DNA of 64,000 nucleotides from Pseudomonadota bacterium (GTDB lineage Bacteria; Pseudomonadota; Alphaproteobacteria; Rhodobacterales; Rhodobacteraceae): NCBI GenBank assembly GCA_039822785.1, contig JBCBMO010000006.1, positions 212,412 to 276,411 of the forward strand, read 5' to 3'. Shown piece by piece: positions 56,189 to 64,000 of this stretch (position 1 is its first letter; each line of letters starts with the position of its first letter). The notes under the pieces were generated by a model. It saw only the letters and a program-made list of their open reading frames with translations, ran no database searches and was not told where the DNA came from. The position numbers and the translations under genes were made by a program.

Positions 56189-56742
56189 CCGACCGCCAAC
56201 GCTGCACCCAGGCGCCGCAAGGCGCCGCGGCGGCCGCGGCCGTCCGCCACCGCGCCGCGCTGCCGGAGCTGGAGACGCCGCGCCTGCGCCTGCGCGTGCC
56301 GGTCATGGCGGACCTGCCCCTCTGGACCCAGATCTTCAGCAGCGCGGAGGCGACGCAGTTCGGCGGCCCCTTCGACGCCGAGGAAGCCTGGGCCAACTTC
56401 AGCACCTATGTGGCGGGCTGGCTCCTCCACGGCCACGGGCTGTGGTCGGTGGAGCGGCGGTCCGACGGCGCGCTCATCGGCTTTGTGCACCTGGGCCTGG
56501 AGTGGGGGGACGCCGAGCCCGAGCTTGGCTGGATGTTCGCGCCCGAGGCCCGCGGCCAGGGCTATGCCGCCGAGGCCGCGTCGGCGGCCCGCGACTTCGG
56601 CTTCGATCTGCTCGACACCTTCGTGAGCTGCATCGACCAGACCAATGCCCCCTCCGCCCGCCTCGCCGCGCGCCTGGGCGCGGTGCCCGACGCCAGCCCC
56701 TACGCCGGCGTCAACGTCTGGCGCCACGGGAGGTTGGGATGA
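56185..56742 (+). CDS. RimJ/RimL-type GNAT acetyltransferase (copy 1)
   Basis: ELETPRLRLR, WLLHGHGLWSV, EPELGW and RGQGYAAEAA. Confidence 0.85.
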   Translation: MTDRQRCTQAPQGAAAAAAVRHRAALPELETPRLRLRVPVMADLPLWTQIFSSAEATQFGGPFDAEEAWANFSTYVAGWLLHGHGLWSVERRSDGALIGFVHLGLEWGDAEPELGWMFAPEARGQGYAAEAASAARDFGFDLLDTFVSCIDQTNAPSARLAARLGAVPDASPYAGVNVWRHGRLG

Positions 56743-57269
56743 CCGCCCCTGCGACCCCGATCCTGGAGACCGAGCGTCTGATCTTGCGCGTACCCGAGCT
56801 GCGTGATGAGACCGCGGTGACCGGCTTTCTGGGCAGTGATCGCGCCCGCTGGCATGGTGGCCCCTTCGACGCCGGCCGGGCCTGGCGGGTCTTCGCAGCC
56901 TTCGCCGGGCAGTGGCCGTTGCGCGGCTATGGGCACTTCGCGGTGATCCACCGCGACAGCGGACAGACCGCCGGCCTGGTCGGGTTCTGGCACCCTGGGG
57001 ATTGGCCCGAAGCGGAGCTTGCCTGGTCCATCTTCGACGGTTTCGAAGGGCGCGGCATGGCGCATGAGGCCGCCCTCGCCGTCCGCCGCTGGGGCGCCAC
57101 CCAGCCGGGGCTCGCCCGGCCCGTCTCCTACATCGATCCTGAGAACGTCCGGTCGCGGCGCCTCGCGCAGCGTCTGGGCGCGACGATCGAGCCAGGCAAT
57201 GCCGGCCCCCACCCGGACGAGCCCTGCCTCGTCTTCCGCCACCCCGCGATCGAGGTGCTGGCGGCATGA
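56739..57269 (+). CDS. RimJ/RimL-type GNAT acetyltransferase (copy 2)
   Basis: ILETERLILR, WPLRGYGHF, WPEAELAW, EGRGMAHEAA and SYIDPENVRSRRLAQRLG. ATGA overlap at the start. Confidence 0.88.
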   Translation: MTAPATPILETERLILRVPELRDETAVTGFLGSDRARWHGGPFDAGRAWRVFAAFAGQWPLRGYGHFAVIHRDSGQTAGLVGFWHPGDWPEAELAWSIFDGFEGRGMAHEAALAVRRWGATQPGLARPVSYIDPENVRSRRLAQRLGATIEPGNAGPHPDEPCLVFRHPAIEVLAA

Positions 57270-57802
57270 CGGCGCGCTTCGAAATCCCAAGCATCGAGAC
57301 TGAGCGGCTGATCCTGCGCCCGCCTGCAGAGCGGGACCTGGAGCCCTGGGTCGCCTTCAACCAGTCCGACCGCACGGCCTTTGTCGGCGGGCGTAAGGGC
57401 CGCGACGAGACTTGGCGGGGCCTTGCAAGCTACCTTGGCCACTGGGCGCTGCGCGGCTACGGCATGTGGGCGGTCGACCTCAAGGAGACCGGTGAGTTCT
57501 GCGGCAACGTCGGCCCGTGGAACCCGGAGGGTTGGCCGGAGCCGGAGGTGGGCTGGACCCTGCTCGCCAGCGCCGAGGGGCGCGGCATCGCCCGGGAGGC
57601 CGCCGAGGCCTCGGTCGACTATGCCTACCGCGTCCTGGGCTGGACCACCTGCATCAGTCTGATCGATCCCGGCAACGCCCGTTCCATCGCGCTGGCCGAG
57701 CGGCTGGGCGCCCGGCACGACGGCGACTTTAACCACGAGGTCTATGGGTCGATGCGGATCTACCGCCATCCCGGCCCCAGCGGCGCGAGGGGGGCGGCAT
57801 GA
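57266..57802 (+). CDS. RimJ/RimL-type GNAT acetyltransferase (copy 3)
   Basis: IETERLILR, WALRGYGMWAV, WPEPEVGW, EGRGIAREAA and SLIDPGNARSIALAERLG. Confidence 0.9.
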   Translation: MTARFEIPSIETERLILRPPAERDLEPWVAFNQSDRTAFVGGRKGRDETWRGLASYLGHWALRGYGMWAVDLKETGEFCGNVGPWNPEGWPEPEVGWTLLASAEGRGIAREAAEASVDYAYRVLGWTTCISLIDPGNARSIALAERLGARHDGDFNHEVYGSMRIYRHPGPSGARGAA

Positions 57803-58098
57803 GCGAGGACGAGACGGCGCGCGCGGCCGAGGTTTTGGGCCGGTTGCGCCACTCCATCGACAACCTGGATGCGATCCTGGTCCATACTCTGGCCGAGCGC
57901 TTCAAATGCACCCAGGAGGTCGGTCGCCTCAAGGCCACTCACGACCTGCCCCCGGCCGATCCAGCGCGGGAGGCCACGCAGATCGCCCGGCTCGAGCATC
58001 TGGCCGCAGAGAGCGGGCTGGACCCCGAGTTCGCGAAGAAAGTCATGCGGTTCATCGTCGATGAGGTGATCCGCAACCACCGGAGTTTCCGAGACTGA
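57799..58098 (+). CDS. Monofunctional chorismate mutase (AroQ type)
   Basis: LRHSIDNLDAILVHTLAERFKCTQEVG and DPAREATQIARL. Confidence 0.92.
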   Translation: MSEDETARAAEVLGRLRHSIDNLDAILVHTLAERFKCTQEVGRLKATHDLPPADPAREATQIARLEHLAAESGLDPEFAKKVMRFIVDEVIRNHRSFRD

Positions 58099-58158
58099 GA
58101 ACAGCGCCCCCGCGCGGAACGGCCGGGGGCGGCACGCACAAACGAGAGGAAGACACAG

Positions 58159-58611
58159 ATGGCAATCAAGATCAGGCTCGCCCGCGGCGGCTCGAAGAAG
58201 CGGCCGTTCTACCGCATCGTCGCTGCCGACAGCCGCATGCCCCGCGACGGGCGCTTCATCGAGAAGCTGGGCACCTACAACCCGCTCCTGCCCAAGGACA
58301 GCGAGGCGCGCGTGCAGATGAACATGGAGCGCGTGCAGCACTGGCTGGGCGTCGGCGCGCAGCCGACCGACCGCGTGGCGCGCTTCCTGGAGGCGGCGGG
58401 CGTGCGCGAGAAGACCGAGCGCGCGAACATGCAGAAGGCCGAGCCTGGCAAGAAGGCGCAGGAGCGCGCGAAGGAGCGCGAGGAGAAGCGCCTGGCCGCC
58501 GAGGAGGCCGCGAAGGAGGCCGAAGAAGCCGCCAAGGCTGCTGAGGCTGAGGCCGCCGAGGCCCCGGCCGAAGAGCCCGCCGCCGACGAAGAGCCGGCCA
58601 AGGCGGAGTAA
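58159..58611 (+). CDS. rpsP: 30S ribosomal protein S16 with an Ala/Glu/Lys-rich tail
   Basis: [39 protein letters not shown]. Confidence 0.98.
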   Translation: MAIKIRLARGGSKKRPFYRIVAADSRMPRDGRFIEKLGTYNPLLPKDSEARVQMNMERVQHWLGVGAQPTDRVARFLEAAGVREKTERANMQKAEPGKKAQERAKEREEKRLAAEEAAKEAEEAAKAAEAEAAEAPAEEPAADEEPAKAE

Positions 58612-58647
58612 GCCCGCCCTTCCGTGCCGCCGCTTGAGGGTGGAGCC

Positions 58648-59277
58648 ATGCAGGCCTTCACGCCGTCGTTTCGCGAGGAACTGGCGCGGCTGATGCGCGG
58701 GCGCCGCGATGTGCGCCGCTTCAGGCGCGATGCGGTCGACCCTGCGGTGCTGGCGCGGTGCCTGGAGGCGTTGCGGCTCGCCCCCTCGGTCGGCCTGTCA
58801 GAACCCTGGCGCCTGGTCAGCGTGACCAGCGAGGCGGCGCGTGGGGCGGCTCTGGCAAACGCCGAAGCGGCCAACGCCGAGGCGCTGGCGGGCTACCATG
58901 GCGAGCAGGCGGCGCTCTATGCCCGGCTCAAGCTGCATGGGATCGAGGAGGCGCCGGTCCAGATCGCCGTCTTCTGCGACGATGCCACCGCCAAGGGCGC
59001 GGGCCTCGGTGCGCGGACCATGCCGGAGATGCGGCGCTACTCCGCCGTGGCGGCCATCCAGAACTTCTGGCTGGCCGCCCGCGCGGAGGGGCTCGGCGTC
59101 GGCTGGGTCTCGATCCTCGATCCCGCACAGCTTGCGGCGGATCTCGCGGTCGACCCCGACTGGGCGCTGGTGGGGTATCTCTGCATCGGCTGGCCCACCG
59201 CCGAGAGTGAGACGCCGGAGCTGGAGCGGGCAGGCTGGGAGGCCCGCAGCCAGACCCTCGAGATGATCGAGCGCTAG
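58648..59277 (+). CDS. bluB: 5,6-dimethylbenzimidazole synthase BluB
   Basis: [48 protein letters not shown] and YLCIGWP. Confidence 0.93.
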   Translation: MQAFTPSFREELARLMRGRRDVRRFRRDAVDPAVLARCLEALRLAPSVGLSEPWRLVSVTSEAARGAALANAEAANAEALAGYHGEQAALYARLKLHGIEEAPVQIAVFCDDATAKGAGLGARTMPEMRRYSAVAAIQNFWLAARAEGLGVGWVSILDPAQLAADLAVDPDWALVGYLCIGWPTAESETPELERAGWEARSQTLEMIER

Positions 59278-59281
59278 GGCG

Positions 59282-59824
59282 ATGACAGCGGAACAGCAGA
59301 CAGCCCGGGTCTGTGTCGGCGCCATCGCCGGCGCCTTTGGCGTGCGCGGCGAGGTGCGCCTCAAATCCTTCTGCGCCGAGCCCGAGGCGATCGCCACCTA
59401 CGGCCCGGTCGAGAGCGAGGACGCCACCCGGCGCTTCAAGATCCGCATCACCCGGCCGGTCAAGGGAGGCCTCGCGGCCCGCCTCTCGGACATCGCGACG
59501 CGGGAGCAGGCGGAGGCGCTGCGCGGCACCCGCCTCTATGTCGCCCGCGACCGGCTGCCGAGCTTGCCCGACGACGAGTTCTACCACACTGACCTGATCG
59601 GGCTGGAGGTGCGCGACACCGGCGGCGCCGTCCTCGGCCGGGTGCGCGCCATCCACGACCACGGCGCCGGCGACGTGCTTGAGGTGGCGGAGGGGCCGGC
59701 AGCAGGCCTCATGCTCCCCTTCACCCGCTGGGCCGTCCCCACCGTCGACCTCGCAGCCGGCATCCTGATCGCCGACCCGCCCGAGGACACCGAGGAGCCG
59801 GAGGGCGAAGCCGATGACCGATGA
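59282..59824 (+). CDS. rimM: Ribosome maturation factor RimM
   Basis: [31 protein letters not shown] and VPTVDL. Confidence 0.95.
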   Translation: MTAEQQTARVCVGAIAGAFGVRGEVRLKSFCAEPEAIATYGPVESEDATRRFKIRITRPVKGGLAARLSDIATREQAEALRGTRLYVARDRLPSLPDDEFYHTDLIGLEVRDTGGAVLGRVRAIHDHGAGDVLEVAEGPAAGLMLPFTRWAVPTVDLAAGILIADPPEDTEEPEGEADDR

Positions 59825-60689
59825 GCCGCCCAAACCGCGCTCCGCGGGCATGCTGCGTCCCGTCGTCAGCGCCGGGCCGCGGCCCTTGATGGCGGAGCGG
59901 GCCCGGCCGGAGGCTTGGCGCGCCACGGTGCTGACGCTGTTTCCGGAGATGTTCCCGGGGCCGCTGGGGCACAGCCTGATGGGCAAGGCGCTGAAGGACG
60001 GGCTTTGGTCGCTTGACGCTCTGGACATCCGGCGCTTTGCGACAGATAAGCACCGCACCGTTGACGACACCCCGGCTGGGGGCGGCGCGGGGATGGTCAT
60101 GAGGGCCGATGTGGTCGGTGCCGCGGTGGATGCCGCGCGCCGGTCCGATGCTGTTAGGGGGGAGCAGGCGCGCCCGGCGCTTTATCTCTCCCCGCGCGGC
60201 CAACCCTTCGACCAGGCGATGGCCGCCAGGCTGGCAGCGGCAGAGGGGGTGATCCTGCTCTGCGGCCGCTACGAGGGGGTCGACCAGCGGGTGATCGACG
60301 GGCGGGCGCTCGTCGAGGTCTCGATGGGGGATTACGTGCTGTCCGGCGGCGAGATCGCCGCCATGGCGCTGATCGATGCGGTGCTGCGCCTGCGCCCCGG
60401 TGTGCTGGGCAATGCGGCCTCGGTCGAGGAGGAGAGTTTCGCGCGGGGGCTCCTCGAGCATCCGCAGTACACCCGCCCACATGCGTGGGAGGGGCGCGAG
60501 ATCCCGGAGGTGCTCACCTCCGGCAATCATGCCCGGATCGCCGAGTGGCGCCGGGCCGAGGCCGAAAGGCTGACGCGGACAAGGCGTCCAGATCTCTGGC
60601 GGGCGTATAGCGACCCGAGAGCCGGCGAGACCGGTCCAGAGCAATCGGACACAAACAGTCCCGGGGCACCCGGGCGACAACAGGACTGA
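59814..60689 (+). CDS. trmD: tRNA (guanine37-N1)-methyltransferase
   Basis: [56 protein letters not shown] and SGNHARI. Confidence 0.97.
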   Translation: MTDEPPKPRSAGMLRPVVSAGPRPLMAERARPEAWRATVLTLFPEMFPGPLGHSLMGKALKDGLWSLDALDIRRFATDKHRTVDDTPAGGGAGMVMRADVVGAAVDAARRSDAVRGEQARPALYLSPRGQPFDQAMAARLAAAEGVILLCGRYEGVDQRVIDGRALVEVSMGDYVLSGGEIAAMALIDAVLRLRPGVLGNAASVEEESFARGLLEHPQYTRPHAWEGREIPEVLTSGNHARIAEWRRAEAERLTRTRRPDLWRAYSDPRAGETGPEQSDTNSPGAPGRQQD

Positions 60690-60693
60690 TGCG

Positions 60694-61092
60694 ATGAACC
60701 TGATCGAACAGCTCGAGGCGGAGCAGATCGCCGCCCTCGACAAGACCATCCCCGACTTCTCCGCCGGCGATACGCTGCGTGTGGGCTTCAAGGTCACCGA
60801 GGGTACGCGGACCCGCGTTCAGAACTTCGAGGGGGTGTGCATCTCGCGGCGCAAGGGCGACCGCCTGGCCGCCAGCTTCACGGTGCGCAAGATCTCCTTC
60901 GGCGAAGGGGTGGAGCGTGTCTTCCCGCTTTACAGCCCGAACATCGACTCGATCACGGTGGTGCGCCGGGGTGCCGTGCGCCGCGCCAAGCTGTACTACC
61001 TGCGCTCGCGCCGCGGTAAGTCCGCCCGGATCGCCGAGGACACCAAGTACAAGCCGCTGAAGCCCAAGGGCGACGGCGCCGAGGCGCGCTGA
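60694..61092 (+). CDS. rplS: 50S ribosomal protein L19
   Basis: [24 protein letters not shown] and [10 protein letters not shown]. Confidence 0.98.
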   Translation: MNLIEQLEAEQIAALDKTIPDFSAGDTLRVGFKVTEGTRTRVQNFEGVCISRRKGDRLAASFTVRKISFGEGVERVFPLYSPNIDSITVVRRGAVRRAKLYYLRSRRGKSARIAEDTKYKPLKPKGDGAEAR

Positions 61093-61116
61093 GCGCGCCA
61101 CCCACCAAAGGGGTAC

Positions 61117-61149
61117 AGGGGGCCAGTCCGACGGGGGCTGGCCCTTTTT
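61117..61149 (+). terminator. Intrinsic terminator after rplS
   Basis: GGGCCAGTCC-GACGG-GGGCTGGCCC stem followed by TTTTT. Confidence 0.75.
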
Positions 61150-61157
61150 CATTCGCC

Positions 61158-61286
61158 TCAGCAGATCACCACGAGGGCGGCAAAGAGCAGCGCCCCCACG
61201 ATCAGCGCGCTGGGCAGGGTGCAGCCGTCGTGGCGCGCCTCGGACAGGGTGCACTCATAGCTGGTCAGGGTACTTCGAAACATCAT
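61158..61286 (-). CDS. Possible 42-aa single-TM small protein
   Basis: GGAG upstream of ATG 61286; MMFRSTLTSYECTLSEARHDGCTLPSALIVGALLFAALVVIC. C-terminal part of ORF 61158..61499. Confidence 0.35.
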   Translation of the reverse strand: MMFRSTLTSYECTLSEARHDGCTLPSALIVGALLFAALVVIC

Positions 61287-61514
61287 CGGACCACTCCACG
61301 TCGATCTTCGTGGGGCGATATGGAGATGCCGCGCCAAGCAGGGCTGTGACCGTTGGCACAATTCCGCCGCATTTGAGCGGCGACGGAAACAATCCGTGAT
61401 CCGGCGCAGCCTCGAGAACGGAAGTGCCCCCGGCGCCGGCAGCGGGATGATCGGCGGGACGACGAACGGGGATTTAAGGTCGAGCCCTGCCTGCGCCACG
61501 CCTTCTCGGAGGGG

Positions 61515-61790
61515 TCAGTCGTGCAGCTTGCGCGCCTCGTCGACCAGCATGATCGGGATGCCGGATCGTATGGGAAAGGCCAGCAGCGCGGAGCGAGAGA
61601 TCAGTTCACCACGCTCGGCGTCATAGACAAGGCGGGTACCGGTCAGGGGGCAGACCAGTGCCTCCAGCATGCGGCCCGCCGGGCGCTCTGTGGTGCGCTC
61701 CAGATGACCGTCGCCGGCGAGCGGGATGGCCGCGTGATCCTCGGGCGAGGGCTTCGGTCCGGTCCCGTTCTCGTCACGCTCCGTCGTCAT
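61515..61790 (-). CDS. Trm112-like (YcaR/UPF0434) protein with an N-terminal extension
   Basis: [10 protein letters not shown] and [23 protein letters not shown] coupling to the upstream gene. Confidence 0.9.
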   Translation of the reverse strand: MTTERDENGTGPKPSPEDHAAIPLAGDGHLERTTERPAGRMLEALVCPLTGTRLVYDAERGELISRSALLAFPIRSGIPIMLVDEARKLHD

Positions 61791-62437
61791 CACTGCACCT
61801 TGTCGCTGCCCCCGCCGGAGGCGATGGCGAAGCGCATCAGCGCCATGAGCGTCTCGAAGCGGTCCGACAGGCGCGGCGCCTCGAGCAGGGCCTGCCGCTC
61901 CTCCACCGAGAAGGGACACATCATCGAGAGCGAGTTGACCAGCAGTTCCTCGTCCGCCTCCTGGATCGCTTCGAAGTCGGAGCTGAGCTGGGCTGAGGTG
62001 AAATACCGCTTCAGCAGGTCCATGAACTCCTCGCGCTCGAACCCCGGCGCGGTCTCGGGCCCGCTGAGGTCGGCGTTGAAGTCGTCCCAATCGGCGCGGA
62101 TCCTGCGGAACGGCGTGAAGCCGTCGAGCTCGTTCTTGATCCGGAACCGGCTGATCCCGGTGAGGGCGATCAGATACCGCCCGTCCTCGGTCTCCGACAG
62201 CGAGGTGACGCGGCCGGCACAGCCGATCTTGTGCAGCTTGGGCGGCTGACCGCTGTCGACGAAGGGCTGGACCATGCCGATCATCCGATGATCCGACCGC
62301 AGCGTGTCGTCGAGCATCGCGAGGTAGCGCGGCTCGAAGATGTTCAGCGGCAAGCGCGAGCGCGGCAGCAGGAGCGCCCCAGGCAGCGGGAAGATCGGGA
62401 TGACCTCCGGCAGGTCGGCAGGCGAGAAACGGCGCAT
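61790..62437 (-). CDS. Lon protease substrate-binding (N-terminal) domain protein
   Basis: [32 protein letters not shown] and LSMMCPF...ERQALLEA. Confidence 0.92.
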   Translation of the reverse strand: MRRFSPADLPEVIPIFPLPGALLLPRSRLPLNIFEPRYLAMLDDTLRSDHRMIGMVQPFVDSGQPPKLHKIGCAGRVTSLSETEDGRYLIALTGISRFRIKNELDGFTPFRRIRADWDDFNADLSGPETAPGFEREEFMDLLKRYFTSAQLSSDFEAIQEADEELLVNSLSMMCPFSVEERQALLEAPRLSDRFETLMALMRFAIASGGGSDKVQ

Positions 62438-62447
62438 GGGTCTCCGA

Positions 62448-63371
62448 TCAGGCGAAGATGAGGGAGCTGAGCCGGCGGCGCGCGCTCGCAGCCAGCGGGT
62501 CCTTGGGCCCCAGGCTATCGACCAGGGTCAGCAGCTTCGCCTTCGCCGCACCCTCGTTCCATTCCCGGTCGCGGCGAAACAGTTCCAGCAGTTCGTCCAC
62601 CGCGTCAGCATTGTCGCCGCGCGCAATCAGCGCGTCGGCCAGTTCCATCCGTGCCGCATGGTCGGCGGGGTCGGCGGCGAGCTTCGCGCGCAGTCCCGCC
62701 TCCTCTCCCGCAGCCGCGCCGCCGGCGGCAAGCTGGATGGCGGCGCGCACGGCCTTGATCGTGGGATCCTCGGCGCTCTCCGGCGGGACGGTCGCCAGGG
62801 TCGCCTCGGCCTCCTCGGTCTGGCCAAGGGCGAGTTGCGCCCGGGCGAGACCGGCGATGGAGGGCAGGTTGGCCGGCAGCTCCGCCAGGATCGCGGCAAA
62901 GGTCTGCGCGGCGTCGTCGTACAGTTCCTGCTCGAGCATTTTCTCGGCCATCTCGATGGCCTGCTCGATCCCGCCGGCATCGTCCTGCGGGCCGGCGGCG
63001 CCCACGGCGGCGGCGAGCTTCTGCACGAACTCCTTGATCTGCGCGGGCCCAGGCACGCCCTGGAAACCGGTGACGCCCTGGCCCTGGAAGAAGGCGATCA
63101 CCGCCGGGAAGGCCTGTACCTGAAGCTGGCTCAGCACCATCGGGTTCCGATCGATGTCAAGACGAACCAGCGAGAGCGCCCCGCCCGTCGCGGCGATCTC
63201 AGCCTCCAGCGTGCGTGAGAGCTGAAGCGACCCAGGGTCGGCCTGGCTCCAGAGCAGCACGATGACCGGGACCTGCATGGAGGCATCGACGACATCCGCC
63301 ATAAAGGTCGCGTCGCTTGTGTCCTTGGCAACGCCGCCCGTCTGCGCCTGCCCCTTGCCGAGTTCGATCAT
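62448..63371 (-). CDS. cnoX: CnoX/YbbN-type thioredoxin-fold plus TPR chaperone lacking the CxxC motif
   Basis: TFMADVVDASMQVPVIV, LDIDRNP, QAFPAVIAFFQG and the C-terminal TPR LLELFRRDREWNEGAAKAKLL...RRRLSSLIFA. ATG at 63371. Confidence 0.88.
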   Translation of the reverse strand: MIELGKGQAQTGGVAKDTSDATFMADVVDASMQVPVIVLLWSQADPGSLQLSRTLEAEIAATGGALSLVRLDIDRNPMVLSQLQVQAFPAVIAFFQGQGVTGFQGVPGPAQIKEFVQKLAAAVGAAGPQDDAGGIEQAIEMAEKMLEQELYDDAAQTFAAILAELPANLPSIAGLARAQLALGQTEEAEATLATVPPESAEDPTIKAVRAAIQLAAGGAAAGEEAGLRAKLAADPADHAARMELADALIARGDNADAVDELLELFRRDREWNEGAAKAKLLTLVDSLGPKDPLAASARRRLSSLIFA

Positions 63372-63443
63372 CGCGCGTTCCCGTCCCCTATGCAGTAGCT
63401 TGTCTCGGCGCCCACGGCGGGCGCACATCTCGCCACGGTGCCG

Positions 63444-63470
63444 AATAGGACGCCAGGGGGGCGAGCGCAA
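63444..63470 (-). promoter_or_regulatory. Possible RpoH-like heat-shock promoter for cnoX
   Basis: TTG-N18-CCTATT on the minus strand upstream of cnoX; imperfect match to the consensus. Confidence 0.3.
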
Positions 63471-63518
63471 TCACTCTGCGCCGCGTATCCGCGGCGGTGT
63501 CACTGTCTGCCGTGCGGG

Positions 63519-64000
63519 TCAAGAGGCTGCTCCGGCGGCATGTGCCTCGGCCGCCGCCTCGAGCGGGTCCATGTCCAGCATCAGCGGATCGTGTCCGACA
63601 TGGGCGAGGAAACGCCGGAAGTCGGCATAGCGCACGGCCGTCGTGGCCCGGTTATGCAGGGGGTGCGCGTTCAGCATGTCATGAGCCGCAAGGCCCGCAT
63701 CCAGCACGAAGCGTACCTGCCGCGCCTCCTCCACCATCAGCGCGAAGGGCGTGACAGCACCGGGGCGCACCCGCAGCACATCCCATAGCAGATCCGGCTT
63801 GCCGAAGCTGACGTTCTTCGCGCCGATGGCTTTCTCCAGGTCGCGGATGCGCATGGCGCGGTCCTCAAGACAGGTGACGAGCCAGAGGCCACCCTTCTTC
63901 TCCTTGAGGAACATGTTCTTGACATGCGCGCCGGGCTGGTCGCCCCGCATGACCCGGCTGTCCTCGACCGTGTGGAACGGCGGGTGCACGTGGTGGGTAA
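63519..64000 (-). CDS. YbaK/ProX-type aminoacyl-tRNA editing protein (5' end outside the window)
   Basis: Frame is open to the window edge (THHVHPPFHTVED); KNMFLKEKK, GVRPG-like LRVRPGAVTPFAL and NAHPLHNRATT. Confidence 0.88.
   Translation of the reverse strand, partial: THHVHPPFHTVEDSRVMRGDQPGAHVKNMFLKEKKGGLWLVTCLEDRAMRIRDLEKAIGAKNVSFGKPDLLWDVLRVRPGAVTPFALMVEEARQVRFVLDAGLAAHDMLNAHPLHNRATTAVRYADFRRFLAHVGHDPLMLDMDPLEAAAEAHAAGAAS

Noticed and set aside
55342-57375. 677-aa minus-strand ORF
   Set aside because: Antisense to ffh and the GNAT genes.
56185-57802. GNAT genes as toxin-antitoxin toxins
   Set aside because: They are RimJ/L-type, sit in a conserved housekeeping operon and have no RHH antitoxin gene.
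58612-58647. Cobalamin riboswitch upstream of bluB
   Set aside because: The gap after rpsP is only 36 nt and has no B12-box.
61354-61370. Sigma54 promoter (TGGCAC)
   Set aside because: The -12 GC element is missing at the required spacing.

Overview
High-GC (about 70% in spot counts) alphaproteobacterial chromosome segment, Rhodobacterales-like in gene order. It is mostly housekeeping: petP/petR, ilvE, rsfS-rlmH-gpmI-envC-ctpA-rppH, atpHAGDC, priA, transaldolase-DUF484-xerC, mdh-sucCDAB-lpdA, mcl2-nnrU-mch, sdhCDAB, zapE, ffh-GNATx3-chorismate mutase-rpsP-bluB-rimM-trmD-rplS, and cnoX-Lon N-domain-Trm112. I found no rRNA, tRNA, CRISPR array, transposase or prophage. Accessory genes sit between the core genes. 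The most striking are: (1) a lower-GC gene pair between mdh and sucC encoding a CesT/SycE-like type III secretion chaperone and an orphan 331-aa effector-like protein; (2) a close homologue of the LinD glutathione-dependent reductive dehalogenase, divergent from a flavin reductase; (3) a cysteine-free CnoX whose WCGPC site reads ADPGS; (4) a class III cyclase-TM-SH3b receptor-like protein; (5) an AT-rich islet between sdhB and zapE; (6) glycan-type transferases inside the TCA operons. Family calls come from motif recognition and recalled reference sequences, not database searches. GC values are hand counts of a few 60-nt lines.
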